Counted from the first letter of the stretch, positions 8,707 to 19,981 are shown. The stretch is 64,000 bases of DNA from Candidatus Cloacimonadales bacterium (GCA_963665815.1 OY762463.1:234383-298382), one strand, 5' to 3'. Translations and numbers: made by a program. The notes: generated by a model not told the origin, from the letters alone.

Positions 8707-11700
8707 TTACTCAAAATAAGTTCTTCTTAATGAAACAATAACCTCAGTACCTTCATCTATTTCTGATTTCATGTTTACCTGACCCTTCAGTTTCTCAGAG
8801 ATTCTCTTTACAATACTGAGTCCCAGTCCCTCCCCTTCTACTTCAGGAATTGTTCCTGCCCTGTAAAATACATTCCAGATTCGTTCCATATTTTTAGCTT
8901 CAATACCAATACCGTTGTCACAAACATGGTAATTATTGAAAAGACTATCCTTTTCAGCAAAAATGTTTATTGTAAGATTTTGTCCTCTTTTTCGATACTT
9001 GATACAATTTGATACTATGTTAGAGAACAACTGATTCAAGAGATTCTTGTCTGCATAGCAGTTAGGAAGCTCTTCAACACGGACTTCAATTCCATACTTA
9101 TCAATTTCATATTTGTAACTGTTCAGGACTGACTGTACAAATTCATTCATATCAATATTCTCAACACTGATCGGTGCTCGCCCGGTTCTGGAAATTTTAA
9201 GAAGACCCTTGATAAGAATATCCATTTTCTTTACATTGTTGAATATGAAATTCATGGATTGTGGCAACTGATTAACTGTAATATCCTGAAACTCATCGTC
9301 ATTATATAATTCAAGGCATTTCTCTTTCACGATTTCGGAAATTTTAAATGAATGTCTGCTGATTCTGTCGGTAAATCCCTGAATGTTAACAAGTGGAGAT
9401 CTTAAATCGTGTGATGCAACATACAGATAATTTTCAAGCTCCTTGTTCTTCTCTTTTATTAAAGCTTCGGCCTTCTTTTTCTCTGTTATGTTCAATCTTG
9501 TACCACAAATTCTGGATGGTTTTCCATCTGATGTAAAGCTGACAATTTTACCTCTATCTAATACCCATATCCATTTCCCTGATTTATGTTGGAGTCTTAA
9601 TTCACACTCAAACATATCGTTAATCCCATTAACATGATCCTCGAATTTTTGTAAAACAGAGCTCAAATCTTTCTCATGTATTAACTCCTTCCAGAATGCT
9701 GGATTATCTCCGATCTCATCGACTGTATAACCGAGCATTTCAGCATATCGGTCATTTATGATTAATGAATTTGCAGGAATATCTATATCCCAGCTGCCAA
9801 GATCAGCCCCTTTCAATGCCAGATCAAGTCTTTTACTGCTTTCTTTTAAGAGGAATTCCGATTGTTTTCTATCGGATACATCTCGCACTAATTCTACAAG
9901 AAATTCAATGTTTCCGTGATTATCAAGTATCGGGAGTATCCGGAGATCAATCCATATATTGTTATCAAGATGTATTTCTTCCTGATATGGTTCTTTCGTT
10001 TCAATAACTTTGCTGACTTTGCATTCGGGGCAAATTGCATCAAAATTACGATATGCTTTGTAACACTTTGTACCGTTTTTTCGATTTACAGGTGAAATAT
10101 TAAATACACCATTCCAATTACTAAAAATTATGTTCATATCAAGATCATGCAGAGAAACGAGATCAGGGACAGTTTTCAGTACTTTATCAAATCTTTCTTC
10201 ATTTTTACGAATTGTTTCATGAAGTTTATATTCCTGAGTTACATCTCTGAACACTAAAACTACTCCTGTAACAGCTCCGGTTGAGTCTTTTATCGGTGCT
10301 GCTGAATCAGCTATCTGATACTCAAGACCATCTCTGGATTTAAGGACTGTATGATTTGCCAGCCCCACTATTTTACCATTCTTAAGAACTTCCTCGACAG
10401 GGCATTCTGCCATTTCACCTGTCTGTGAGTTTGAAATATTGAAAACCTCTGAAAGCATTTTACCGGAGGCTTCATCAGATATCCAACCTGTAAGTAATTC
10501 AGCTATTGGATTCATCCGGTCAATTTTTCCCTGATAGTCGGTTGTAATGACGGCATCTCCAATTGAATTTAGGGTTGTACTAAGTTTTTCAGCCATCTGT
10601 ACAAATTTGTTTCTATCTTTACTTAATTTTTCAATTAAAAGCGCGATTATCACACTTCCAACAAAAATTATGAAAAAGCTCATCATTCTCAATATAATAT
10701 GATGTAAATCATGCTTAATCAGGAATAGATTCAGAATATTAGCACCTTCTTTATTAAACCAGAAGTAATACATCAATACATCAGTAATCCAGACTAAGAT
10801 TGCTATGGTGACACCTGCAAACAAAGTGTTAAGTGATGCCCTGGTAGAGAATAACTTGCTGAATCCGGAAAGATCACGAATATATTCCGATATTGCAAGT
10901 AAATACAGGCAAATAATAAGTATTATGAATATTGATATAAGTATTAAGTTATCGGCTATAATTTTATGTTGATGTTCATCTAAAGCCCATTTTTCAATTA
11001 TTTTATTATAGTCTTCGGTTAATGTATTGTTTTCATTTTCCATGAAGTTGTTTATTCTGTTCAGTATATTTTTATCGGAAGAACTTGCTGAGGCAAAATA
11101 TGTTTCAAATGGATGGAAAACAATGGCAGTGTGAATAGCTTGCTTATCGATGAATTTCACATTTAGTAAAGTCATTCTATCACCAATACCACAATCAAAC
11201 TTTTTACTGATAATACCTTTAAACATTTCCGGGTAATTTTCAACTTCAATCAATGTATATTTGATGTTAAACTTATCGGCAAATTCAATAAAGTGATTCT
11301 TAAACATGGATTTTTTTACATATGCAACATTTTTACCGTTAATATCTAACATAGACTCTATTGCATTGTCAGTACTGGAAAATACTGTTCCCCAACTGGA
11401 TATTACAGGAATTTCAGAAAAATCAAGTAAACTGTCTCTTTGCTGTGTATAGCCTATAGGAACCATAATATCAGCTTTCCCGGTGGAAACTTGCTTTAGT
11501 GCATTCGAAAATGTTGTGCTGTGATATGATAATTTCCAGTTGTTTTTTTTCCCTGTTTCTTCAAGGATATCTTTCGCCAGACCACGTGTTTGCCCATCTT
11601 TATCAGTAAAAATGACAGGTTTTTTCTCGAAGTAAACAACATCTACATTTATTGATAAGATAACTGAGAACGAAAACAGTATTATCAGTGCAGTAAAGAG

Positions 11701-11709
11701 CTTATTCAA
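8707..11709 (-). CDS. sensor histidine kinase: periplasmic solute-binding domain, several TMs, 3 PAS, HisKA, HATPase
   Basis: SBP family 3-like N-terminus (RDSLLDFSEIP); PAS motifs; ASHDLRSPL H-box; DNGIGI and GEGLGL boxes. Confidence 0.93.
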   Translation of the reverse strand: MNKLFTALIILFSFSVILSINVDVVYFEKKPVIFTDKDGQTRGLAKDILEETGKKNNWKLSYHSTTFSNALKQVSTGKADIMVPIGYTQQRDSLLDFSEIPVISSWGTVFSSTDNAIESMLDINGKNVAYVKKSMFKNHFIEFADKFNIKYTLIEVENYPEMFKGIISKKFDCGIGDRMTLLNVKFIDKQAIHTAIVFHPFETYFASASSSDKNILNRINNFMENENNTLTEDYNKIIEKWALDEHQHKIIADNLILISIFIILIICLYLLAISEYIRDLSGFSKLFSTRASLNTLFAGVTIAILVWITDVLMYYFWFNKEGANILNLFLIKHDLHHIILRMMSFFIIFVGSVIIALLIEKLSKDRNKFVQMAEKLSTTLNSIGDAVITTDYQGKIDRMNPIAELLTGWISDEASGKMLSEVFNISNSQTGEMAECPVEEVLKNGKIVGLANHTVLKSRDGLEYQIADSAAPIKDSTGAVTGVVLVFRDVTQEYKLHETIRKNEERFDKVLKTVPDLVSLHDLDMNIIFSNWNGVFNISPVNRKNGTKCYKAYRNFDAICPECKVSKVIETKEPYQEEIHLDNNIWIDLRILPILDNHGNIEFLVELVRDVSDRKQSEFLLKESSKRLDLALKGADLGSWDIDIPANSLIINDRYAEMLGYTVDEIGDNPAFWKELIHEKDLSSVLQKFEDHVNGINDMFECELRLQHKSGKWIWVLDRGKIVSFTSDGKPSRICGTRLNITEKKKAEALIKEKNKELENYLYVASHDLRSPLVNIQGFTDRISRHSFKISEIVKEKCLELYNDDEFQDITVNQLPQSMNFIFNNVKKMDILIKGLLKISRTGRAPISVENIDMNEFVQSVLNSYKYEIDKYGIEVRVEELPNCYADKNLLNQLFSNIVSNCIKYRKRGQNLTINIFAEKDSLFNNYHVCDNGIGIEAKNMERIWNVFYRAGTIPEVEGEGLGLSIVKRISEKLKGQVNMKSEIDEGTEVIVSLRRTYFE

Positions 11710-12250
11710 ATCTGTCTCCTTTTAGAGAGTGATGTATGATTTTTATTGCAAAAAAGGGACCTGCTATTATTAAAGTACCTGTCATGTGGGCAAGAGCCCA
11801 TTTAAGCCAGCCGGAAAGTGCTTTGTCAACAGGTATCAAACCCAGGATGAATTTAGATCCAATTCCTCCTGTAGCTGTAAGAACTGGAGTAAGAATTGCA
11901 CCAAGGAAGATAAGTAGGAAAACTCCCCGCCTTATTTTGTACTCAGCTGAATGCTCATATTTTTTTATCAGTAAAGCCGAAACAGTTGGTCCAATAGTAT
12001 TCATTATGGAAATCATGCATGCAAAAATGAAACTGCTGCCAAGAGAAAAATAGTTAGCTGCAATTGCTCCCAGTGCAATTCCCGGAGATACTTTCCATCC
12101 AAAGTAATATGCAGCAATGAATGCAATGGATGCTGCTGGCCAGACGGGCATGGGGAGAATTCCTAAATTGTGGAATATGAGATAATTCACATGAGATACA
12201 CCCCAGTATAGAACAATGACATATAAATTATTCCTTATATTTTTTCTCAT
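11702..12250 (-). CDS. stand-alone MASE1-domain membrane protein
   Basis: PVWPAASIA...PGIALGA MASE1-type motif; about 5 TM segments; overlaps the HK start by 8 nt. Confidence 0.75.
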   Translation of the reverse strand: MRKNIRNNLYVIVLYWGVSHVNYLIFHNLGILPMPVWPAASIAFIAAYYFGWKVSPGIALGAIAANYFSLGSSFIFACMISIMNTIGPTVSALLIKKYEHSAEYKIRRGVFLLIFLGAILTPVLTATGGIGSKFILGLIPVDKALSGWLKWALAHMTGTLIIAGPFFAIKIIHHSLKGDRFE

Positions 12251-12411
12251 AATAAGTCTCCCTGAATTGATACTGATTCAATATTACAAATATACTCTGT
12301 ATTTGCTACATTGTCAAAACATATTTATTTACAAATGATTTTTTTTATTCCTAAAAAGAATTCATTTCTTTACTAATTTATGAAATGTACAATTCTGGCA
12401 GTGGAGTGAAT

Positions 12412-13548
12412 ATGGAATTTTTATATCAAAATGAAAAAAAATACTTTGGGCAAATTGCCGGAAGTATGGAGTCTCTGGGACTGCGTGAGTTGATAAGTCT
12501 TGGAGCATATGACGTTAAGTCAGGATACAGAGGTGTTTACTTTAAAGCAGATCAGTACACCCTATATCGTATTGTTATGACATCAAGATTGTTTTCACGG
12601 GTACTTATACCTTTAAATAAATTTGACTGTCATTCAACAAAATACTTGTACTCTAAAACCAAAGAAATACCCTGGGATTCTTTTTTCAGTGTAAAAAATT
12701 CATTCAGGATTTTTTCAACAGTGTCAAACAGTAAAATCAGGCATTCCAAGTATGCGTCGCTTGTTATGAAAGACGCTATTGCTGACTATTTCAGAGAAAA
12801 GTATGGTGAAAGACCTTCGGTAGATACTGCTAATCCTGATGTGACCTTTAATCTGCATATAGATAAGAATTTTGCAGTCATCAGTATTGATGCAAGTGGT
12901 GAATCAATGCATAAAAGAGGATATCGTATAAAAAGCGTGAATGCTCCAATGCAGGAGACACTTGCTGCTGCAATCCTGGATCTCTCGGGGTGGGATGGAA
13001 CTAAGAAACTATATGATCCATTCTGCGGATCAGGAACAATACTGTGTGAAGCAATTATGAAGTACTGTAATATTCCAGCTTCCTATAACAGAGCAAAATT
13101 TGGTTTTAAGTATCTCCCTGATTTCAATCAGGAGATGTATAATAAGGTTTTAACTGAAATTCACGATGTAACACGGGATTTACCTGAAGGCTTGATTTCC
13201 GGTTCTGATATCAGTAAAATGGCTGTAGAAGCAGCAAAAGAAAACATATCAGATCTTGAATACGATCTGGAAATTTTCAGAATGCCTTTCCAGAAACTTG
13301 GCAATTTCACTGACACAGTATTTGTAACGAATCCACCATATGGAAAAAGGCTCGGTGATGAGAGCAAAGTAAGAGTAATGCTTAAAGAATTCGGGGATTT
13401 CCTGAAAAATAACTGTAAGGGTTGTGAAGCATATATTTATCTCGGAGATTACAAGCTTGTGAAATCTCTTGGTTTAAAACCAACCTGGAAGAAACCGTTA
13501 GTTAATGGTTCTCTTGATGGGCGATTAGTCAAGCTGGAGTTATACTAA
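12412..13548 (+). CDS. THUMP-domain SAM-dependent RNA methyltransferase (RlmL/YpsC-like)
   Basis: MHKRGYR, APMQETLAAA, DPFCGSGT and TNPPYG motifs; ATG 12412 after GGAG. Confidence 0.92.
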   Translation: MEFLYQNEKKYFGQIAGSMESLGLRELISLGAYDVKSGYRGVYFKADQYTLYRIVMTSRLFSRVLIPLNKFDCHSTKYLYSKTKEIPWDSFFSVKNSFRIFSTVSNSKIRHSKYASLVMKDAIADYFREKYGERPSVDTANPDVTFNLHIDKNFAVISIDASGESMHKRGYRIKSVNAPMQETLAAAILDLSGWDGTKKLYDPFCGSGTILCEAIMKYCNIPASYNRAKFGFKYLPDFNQEMYNKVLTEIHDVTRDLPEGLISGSDISKMAVEAAKENISDLEYDLEIFRMPFQKLGNFTDTVFVTNPPYGKRLGDESKVRVMLKEFGDFLKNNCKGCEAYIYLGDYKLVKSLGLKPTWKKPLVNGSLDGRLVKLELY

Positions 13549-13705
13549 TTTTTCTTATCTGAGTTTTTGAACGGGTGCAAAAAAAATATTTTCCTCTGTG
13601 AAATGTTAATATGGTATTAGGATTATGTTAGATTTAATTTCTTGACTGTTATAAACTTAATCAAAACTTTGAAAATGTAAAAATATCAAAAAAAATGGAG
13701 GAATA

Positions 13706-15094
13706 ATGATCCGTAAGTCTACAATTGATCGGGTGATTAACAAAGCCTTGTCAAACGGTGCTGATTTTGCAGAAATCTTTGCTGAGAATACTTACTCTTC
13801 AACTCTTAATATGAACAATAGAGTTATCAAGCAAAGTATTGTCGGAAATGATTATGGTGCAGGAATCAGAGTGTTCTATGGCAATAGTGCAATTTATGCC
13901 TATACAAATGATCTTAGTGAACAATCACTGATGAAAGTCGCTGAGGCTATCAGTAAAGCACAATCTTCAGATACAATCATTAAACCTGTAGAAGTTGAAA
14001 AAGAAGATGTAAATTCTATTCATAAGTTTATGCAAAAACATGATGATGTATCCAAACAAGAAAAGATTGAAATATTGACAAGAGCTGACAAAGCTGCAAG
14101 AAACTATGATTCTTTGATTACAGAAGTTGATATAAGAATGATGGAGAAAATGCAGAGAGTTTTGATTGCTAACAGTGAAGGGCTTTATAAAGAGGATGAA
14201 CGATTTTATTCACGACTTTATACTACTGCAATTGCAGAAAAAAATGGTGAAAAGCAAACCGGATCAGATGGTCCCGGATCTTTACAGGGATTTGAGTTTT
14301 TCAGAAATCTTGATGTAGATAAAGTTGGTATTGAAGCTGCACGTATCGCAGTAACAATGATAAATGCAGATTACGCACCGGGTGGAACTTTCCCGGTAAT
14401 TATAGATAATGGATTTGGAGGAGTTATCTTCCACGAAGCGTGTGGACATGCTCTGGAGACAACTTCAGTTGCCAAAGGTGCATCGGTTTTTGCCGATAAA
14501 CTTAATCAGAAGATTGCTCATGAAGCAGTTACAGCAATTGATGATGGTACAATGCCAAACACATGGGGATCTATTGCAATTGATGATGAAGGAACTCCAA
14601 CACAGAAAACTGTTCTTATCGAAAATGGTATCCTGAAATCATTTATGATTGATAAACTTGGCGGAAGAAAAATCGGTATGAAATCTACCGGATCCGGAAG
14701 ACGCCAGTCATATAAGTTTGCTCCTACATCCAGAATGAGAAACACATTTCTTGCTCCGGGGAAATATAAACTGGAAGATCTGATTGCTACTGTTGATTAC
14801 GGTATATATGCTAAAAAAATGGGTGGCGGATCAGTTATGCCCGGAACAGGAAATTACAATTTCTCAGTTGCAGAAGGCTATATCATAAGAAACGGAAAAA
14901 TTATGGAACCGGTAAGAGGTGCTACTCTTATTGGAAACGGTGCTGAAACTCTTCATAAAATCAGTATGGTTGCAGATAACCTGGCATTGGCTCCCGGTAT
15001 GTGCGGTTCTGTGAGTGGAAGTGTACCAACAACAGTTGGGCAGCCTGCTATCAGAGTTGATGAGATAATTGTTGGCGGAAGAAAGGAGCAGTAA
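13706..15094 (+). CDS. tldD: TldD metalloprotease
   Basis: HEACGH motif, SRMRNTF, C-terminal GMCG. Confidence 0.93.
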   Translation: MIRKSTIDRVINKALSNGADFAEIFAENTYSSTLNMNNRVIKQSIVGNDYGAGIRVFYGNSAIYAYTNDLSEQSLMKVAEAISKAQSSDTIIKPVEVEKEDVNSIHKFMQKHDDVSKQEKIEILTRADKAARNYDSLITEVDIRMMEKMQRVLIANSEGLYKEDERFYSRLYTTAIAEKNGEKQTGSDGPGSLQGFEFFRNLDVDKVGIEAARIAVTMINADYAPGGTFPVIIDNGFGGVIFHEACGHALETTSVAKGASVFADKLNQKIAHEAVTAIDDGTMPNTWGSIAIDDEGTPTQKTVLIENGILKSFMIDKLGGRKIGMKSTGSGRRQSYKFAPTSRMRNTFLAPGKYKLEDLIATVDYGIYAKKMGGGSVMPGTGNYNFSVAEGYIIRNGKIMEPVRGATLIGNGAETLHKISMVADNLALAPGMCGSVSGSVPTTVGQPAIRVDEIIVGGRKEQ

Positions 15095-15095
15095 G

Positions 15096-16442
15096 ATGAG
15101 TGATAAAATGAGAAATGAAGATAAATTTGAACTTATCAGAAAATATGCGGAAGGCAGAGTGGATGATATTGAAGTTGTAATGAGTACTGATCAAACTTTC
15201 TCTACCAGGGTGCATAAACAGAAAACAGAATCTTTCGACTACTCCAATAGTAAGGGAATAGGACTCAGAATCAAGAAAGACGGGAAAATCGGTTATTCAT
15301 ACACAGAAAATTTTGATGATGATGTAATTAAAGGAATGATAGATGAAGCTATTGCTAATTCCAAAATTCTAAGCTCTGATGATGAAGAGTATATTGAAAA
15401 ATTCGATCATGAAGATAAAGATCTTAAAATATATAATCCTGATTTAAATTCTATTCCTATTGAGAAGAAAATTGAACTGCTTAAAGCTCTTGAAGATAAA
15501 ATCTACAAAATGGACAAAAGAGTAATCAATGTACCTTATTGTGGTTATAGTGATGGCTCATCAAGCTTCAGAATTTTTAACTCTAAAGGAATGGATAAAA
15601 CTTTCTCAAGCAACAGTGTTGTAATGTATGCTGGAGCTCTTGCCGAAGAAAACGGTGAAAAGAGATCAGCAATGGATTTCATTATTACAAGGGATTTTGC
15701 TGACGTTAACCCGGATAAAATCGCAGAGAAATCTGTAAGCAAAACAATTGATCTTCTTAACTCAAAACCTCTCGAAAAGGGACAATATCCTGTTGTATTT
15801 AACAACTCTGCAGCTTCATCATTGCTGGGTACTTTTATTGGTACTTTCTCATCAAGAGAAGTACAGGAAGGTCGGTCTCTGCTTAAAGGAAAGATGAACA
15901 CTAAAATTGCAGGAGATAATGTAACTCTTATTGATGATGGTCTCTATGTTAATGGAATATCTTCCAAGCCATTCGATGGTGAAGGATATCCATCACAGAC
16001 AACAGTTCTCATGGAAAACGGTGTCTTGAACAATTTCCTTTATAACACAATCACTGCACGAAAAGATGGAGTTAAATCCACAGGCAATGCAAGCCGATAC
16101 TATAAAGGCGAGATTGGTGTTGGTACAACAAACATTATCCTGAAACCGGGAACAGATAACAGAGAAGCTCTTCTCGGAAGTGCTAATAAGGTAATAGAAA
16201 TTGTTTCTCTTCAGGGACTCCATTCCGGAGCAAATCCAATATCTGGAGATTTCTCATTGTCAGCTGAAGGATTTCTTTATGAAAACGGCGTAAAGCAGCA
16301 TTCACTTAAAAGCTTTATCGTCTCAGGAAACTTCTTTGATGTGATGAAGAATATCGATGGGTTTGCTGATGACTTCGAATTCAGTATGAGCTCAATCGGA
16401 ACAGCATCCATTCTTGTTAATGGACTTGCCGTAAGCGGTTAA
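15096..16442 (+). CDS. pmbA: PmbA/TldE partner subunit
   Basis: FDGEG, STGNA and SGDFS motifs; no HExxH; follows tldD. Confidence 0.92.
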   Translation: MSDKMRNEDKFELIRKYAEGRVDDIEVVMSTDQTFSTRVHKQKTESFDYSNSKGIGLRIKKDGKIGYSYTENFDDDVIKGMIDEAIANSKILSSDDEEYIEKFDHEDKDLKIYNPDLNSIPIEKKIELLKALEDKIYKMDKRVINVPYCGYSDGSSSFRIFNSKGMDKTFSSNSVVMYAGALAEENGEKRSAMDFIITRDFADVNPDKIAEKSVSKTIDLLNSKPLEKGQYPVVFNNSAASSLLGTFIGTFSSREVQEGRSLLKGKMNTKIAGDNVTLIDDGLYVNGISSKPFDGEGYPSQTTVLMENGVLNNFLYNTITARKDGVKSTGNASRYYKGEIGVGTTNIILKPGTDNREALLGSANKVIEIVSLQGLHSGANPISGDFSLSAEGFLYENGVKQHSLKSFIVSGNFFDVMKNIDGFADDFEFSMSSIGTASILVNGLAVSG

Positions 16443-16462
16443 GATATATATTATCATAATAG

Positions 16463-16494
16463 ACAGGCTGTAAACTTTGCAGCCTGTTTTTTTT
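16463..16494 (+). terminator. Rho-independent terminator after tldD-pmbA
   Basis: ACAGGCTGTA/TGCAGCCTGT stem followed by a T-run. Confidence 0.9.
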
Positions 16495-16956
16495 ATCCTC
16501 TACAATTTTTTTTTACTGACACATTTATTCTGACATAAATAGACAATTTGATTTAACAATTTTGACACATAAGTATGTAAGTTGGCAATGAATTATTTCA
16601 TTACAATAGTTTTTCATCTTTATTATAGTTTTTTTTGTCAAACATATAATTTGCTTTGAGAACTATTTGATATTATCTATCATACAAAACTGCTGTTTTA
16701 ACTAATCGGAAAATATAAAAAACTTTACAATGAATAAACTAATATATTTTTTGAATGTGCATTCGAGAGCATTTTTCTCAGGGTGTGAGTTTCCAATTAC
16801 TTCTTTTATCAGTTTGTTGTTTAATAAATATAATTGCTACCTAATTTAAATTGCCGTTTTTAACTATCAATGTAAGTACTCTATAAAACAAATTATCATT
16901 TAATTGACAAAAAACAAATATATTTAAGTCTGCATGTAAAAAATGGTGGAGGTTCC

Positions 16957-17937
16957 ATGATTCCGGTTATAGATTTACATGCAGATTCTTTTTCTAAGCG
17001 CATGGCTTACGACAGACATAACATTTTCGATAAATGCTACATCAAAATAAAAAACAACTTCTACAGTCTGGAAAGCTCATTTCATATCAATGATCAGGCT
17101 GTTAAACAGGGTAACCTGAGAGTTCAGACGCAATCGCTTTATATAGATGATGCAGAAATGCAGTATCCGTTCAAAGCCGGAATGATGATGATTCAGAAGA
17201 TGCTGAAGTTCGTACAGGATCATGATGAGTATATAATCATTCGGAATCAGGCTGATCTTGATCGATGTCTCAACGGTGAGAAATACGGCATTCAGATTTC
17301 TATTGAAGGTCTGGAAGTACTCGAAAACAATCTTGATCTACTGGATATCTTCCATGAGCTTGGGGTAAGGATTATTGCACCCACATGGAACAGAGTACTC
17401 CCGTATATGATGCCTGTTGGCTGCGAGGGGGGATTGCTGAAGAAAGGTAAAAGACTGATTGAGAAGATGAATAACTGGAATTGTCTGATAGATGTTTCTC
17501 ATATGTCAGAAGGAAGCTTCTTCGATGTGGAAAGGGAATTCAAGGGGATTATGATTGCATCCCACTCCAATCCGAAAACACTTAACTCTCACCAGAGAAA
17601 TCTGACTGACGATCAGGTTAAGGTTATTCAGGAGCGTGGGGGAGTCATGGGTATAAATCTGGCACCTGCGTTTATAGAACCAATTGACAAAAAATCTGAT
17701 AACGGTCTGGAATGGATTTATGGGATTGTCGATTATGTATGCTCAAATTTCAGCGAGGATATCATTGCATTTGGCTGTGACTTTGATGGAATAATGTCAT
17801 TACCTCCCGGAATAAAAGACTGCAGTTTCTTCTCGGAACTCAATTCATATCTATCCCAAAAGGGATTTAGCAATGATCTTCTGGAGAAGCTGTACTACAA
17901 AAACGCGGAACGGGTTATCAAGTCAGTGTTACCATAA
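16957..17937 (+). CDS. membrane dipeptidase (peptidase M19)
   Basis: DLHAD, SIEG, DVSH, ASHSN and GCDFDG motifs. Confidence 0.93.
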   Translation: MIPVIDLHADSFSKRMAYDRHNIFDKCYIKIKNNFYSLESSFHINDQAVKQGNLRVQTQSLYIDDAEMQYPFKAGMMMIQKMLKFVQDHDEYIIIRNQADLDRCLNGEKYGIQISIEGLEVLENNLDLLDIFHELGVRIIAPTWNRVLPYMMPVGCEGGLLKKGKRLIEKMNNWNCLIDVSHMSEGSFFDVEREFKGIMIASHSNPKTLNSHQRNLTDDQVKVIQERGGVMGINLAPAFIEPIDKKSDNGLEWIYGIVDYVCSNFSEDIIAFGCDFDGIMSLPPGIKDCSFFSELNSYLSQKGFSNDLLEKLYYKNAERVIKSVLP

Positions 17938-18107
17938 TAAATAAATACCAAAACAAGGAAATATTTAAGAAAAAACATTGGAATTCTTGACATCAATCAC
18001 GATGTTTCAATTGTAAATCAAATAGAGAGCTTTGCATAATTGCAAAATCGAGTCAAATACTTCAATTATTCAAAGGTCTCAAAAAATATTCGAATAAATT
18101 TGGAGGA

Positions 18108-19283
18108 ATGATGATATATAGAAAATCAATAGATGGGAAACTGGAAGTTTCACCTTTAGGCTTTGGTGCAATGCGACTGCCATTAAATAGTGATGATCAG
18201 AAAGATATAAATGAAGAAAAAGCAATTGGCATGATCCGCTCTGCGATCGACAGTGGAATTAATTACGTAGACACGGCTTATGACTACCACCAACAGCAAA
18301 GCGAACGTCTGGTAAACAAAGCTCTACAAGACGGATACAGAGAAAAAGTTCTGCTGGCTGATAAACTCCCTATGTGGCATATCAAAGAAAAAAAAGATAT
18401 GGAACGCATTTTTAACGAGCAATTGGAAAAACTCGGAACGGATAAAATTGATCTCTATATGCTTCATGCTATGAATGCTAAGTACTGGCAGCTTGTTAAA
18501 GACTTTGATATTATGAGCTGGATGGAACAGAAAAAGAAAGATGGCAAGATCGGACAGATCGGTTTTTCATTTCATGATTCTTTTAACTCCTTCAAAATGA
18601 TTGTTGATGAATATGATAAATGGGATTTCTGTCAGATTCAGTATAATCTGATGGATGAAGACTATCAGGCTGGAAAGGCAGGTCTGAAGTACGCCTACGA
18701 AAGAGGGATTAATGTAGTTGTGATGGAACCGCTCAGAGGTGGAGATATTGTTAAAAGCATACCGGATCAGGTTAAAGAAGTCTATGATACTGCTGAGAAT
18801 AAAAGATCATACGCAGGGTGGGCATTGCAATGGCTGTGGGATCAACCGGAAGTCTGGCTTGTCCTCAGCGGAATGAACACTCAGGAAGAAGTAGACGAGG
18901 ATGTACGTCTTGCTGCTGATTCCGAAGTAAACAAATTCTCTGAAGCAGATGCAGCACTGATTAAGAAAGTACAAGATCAGTACAGAAACATGCAGTTCAC
19001 AAGATGTACCGGGTGTAACTATTGTAAGAGCTGTCCGGAAGGAATAAATATTCCTCAGCAGTTAAAACTTCTTGATGAGTATTCTATGTATCATAATGAT
19101 GCAAAAGTAAAATTCCACATGATGTTTGTTAAATTCGAAGAACGAGCAATTCATTGTACTGCATGTGGCCATTGCGTTGAGCTTTGTCCTCAGCAGATTG
19201 ATATTCCTTCACATTTGAAGAAGTACTCAGAAATGTACAAAAACTATGGTCTGCCAATGGAAAAGCCTGAGGTTAAGAAATAA
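18108..19283 (+). CDS. aldo/keto reductase with C-terminal 4Fe-4S domain
   Basis: LGFGAMRLP, DTAYDY, GFSFH; CTGCNYC and CTACGHCVELCPQ. Confidence 0.93.
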   Translation: MMIYRKSIDGKLEVSPLGFGAMRLPLNSDDQKDINEEKAIGMIRSAIDSGINYVDTAYDYHQQQSERLVNKALQDGYREKVLLADKLPMWHIKEKKDMERIFNEQLEKLGTDKIDLYMLHAMNAKYWQLVKDFDIMSWMEQKKKDGKIGQIGFSFHDSFNSFKMIVDEYDKWDFCQIQYNLMDEDYQAGKAGLKYAYERGINVVVMEPLRGGDIVKSIPDQVKEVYDTAENKRSYAGWALQWLWDQPEVWLVLSGMNTQEEVDEDVRLAADSEVNKFSEADAALIKKVQDQYRNMQFTRCTGCNYCKSCPEGINIPQQLKLLDEYSMYHNDAKVKFHMMFVKFEERAIHCTACGHCVELCPQQIDIPSHLKKYSEMYKNYGLPMEKPEVKK

Positions 19284-19957
19284 TGAATATTCTCGCTATT
19301 GATACATCATCAATGTCCGGAAGTGTAGCTGTTGGTAGCTACGAAAAACTGGTAAACCTCTCGTATCTGGACCTCAAATCCACACATTCCGAAAGGCTTA
19401 TGCCTCAGATAGATTCCTCTTTGAAAGCTTCAGGGCTTACTATTGAAGATATTGGCTGTATTGCTGTTGTAACTGGTCCCGGTTCTTTTACAGGGCTCAG
19501 GATCGGACTGGCTACCGCTAAAGGCTTGTGCGTTGCCAGAAAAATCCCACTCGTTGCAGTAAGGTCACTTGATGTCCTGGCATTTCAGGTTACGGGTGTA
19601 GAAAAGCCTGTTATCGCCTGTATTGATGCCAGAATGGGGGAGATCTATGCTGCAGTTTACGATAAAAGCATGAATTACTTAATCGAACCGGATAATTTTA
19701 AACCAGATGTCTTCACAAAAAAATGCATAGAATTGGATGATACGTTCTATGCTGTTGGTTCCGGATTGATGTTGATAAAAGATGAGATGAAACTTGTGGA
19801 AGGTGCAATGCATCAGAACATAATTATGGCATCATCGTTGATAAGCTATATGAAGCATAAAGGGCTTAAACCTGTATATAATCCTGATTTTGTGGCATTA
19901 GTTGAGCCTGAATATATGCGTAAATCTCAAGCTGAATTGAATTTTAAGAAGAGTTAG
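19283..19957 (+). CDS. tsaB: tRNA threonylcarbamoyladenosine biosynthesis protein TsaB
   Basis: ILAIDTS, HSERL, GPGSFTGLRIG, DARMGEIY and PEYMR motifs. Confidence 0.95.
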   Translation: MNILAIDTSSMSGSVAVGSYEKLVNLSYLDLKSTHSERLMPQIDSSLKASGLTIEDIGCIAVVTGPGSFTGLRIGLATAKGLCVARKIPLVAVRSLDVLAFQVTGVEKPVIACIDARMGEIYAAVYDKSMNYLIEPDNFKPDVFTKKCIELDDTFYAVGSGLMLIKDEMKLVEGAMHQNIIMASSLISYMKHKGLKPVYNPDFVALVEPEYMRKSQAELNFKKS

Positions 19958-19981
19958 TCTGTTTAAAATTTAAGATTCAGT

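Noticed and set aside
16510-16600. Cluster of TGACA-like motifs followed by TTGGCA (possible enhancer plus sigma54 promoter) in a 500-bp AT-rich spacer
   Set aside because: Spacing is irregular and there is no TTGC at -12; no ORF or structured RNA could be supported
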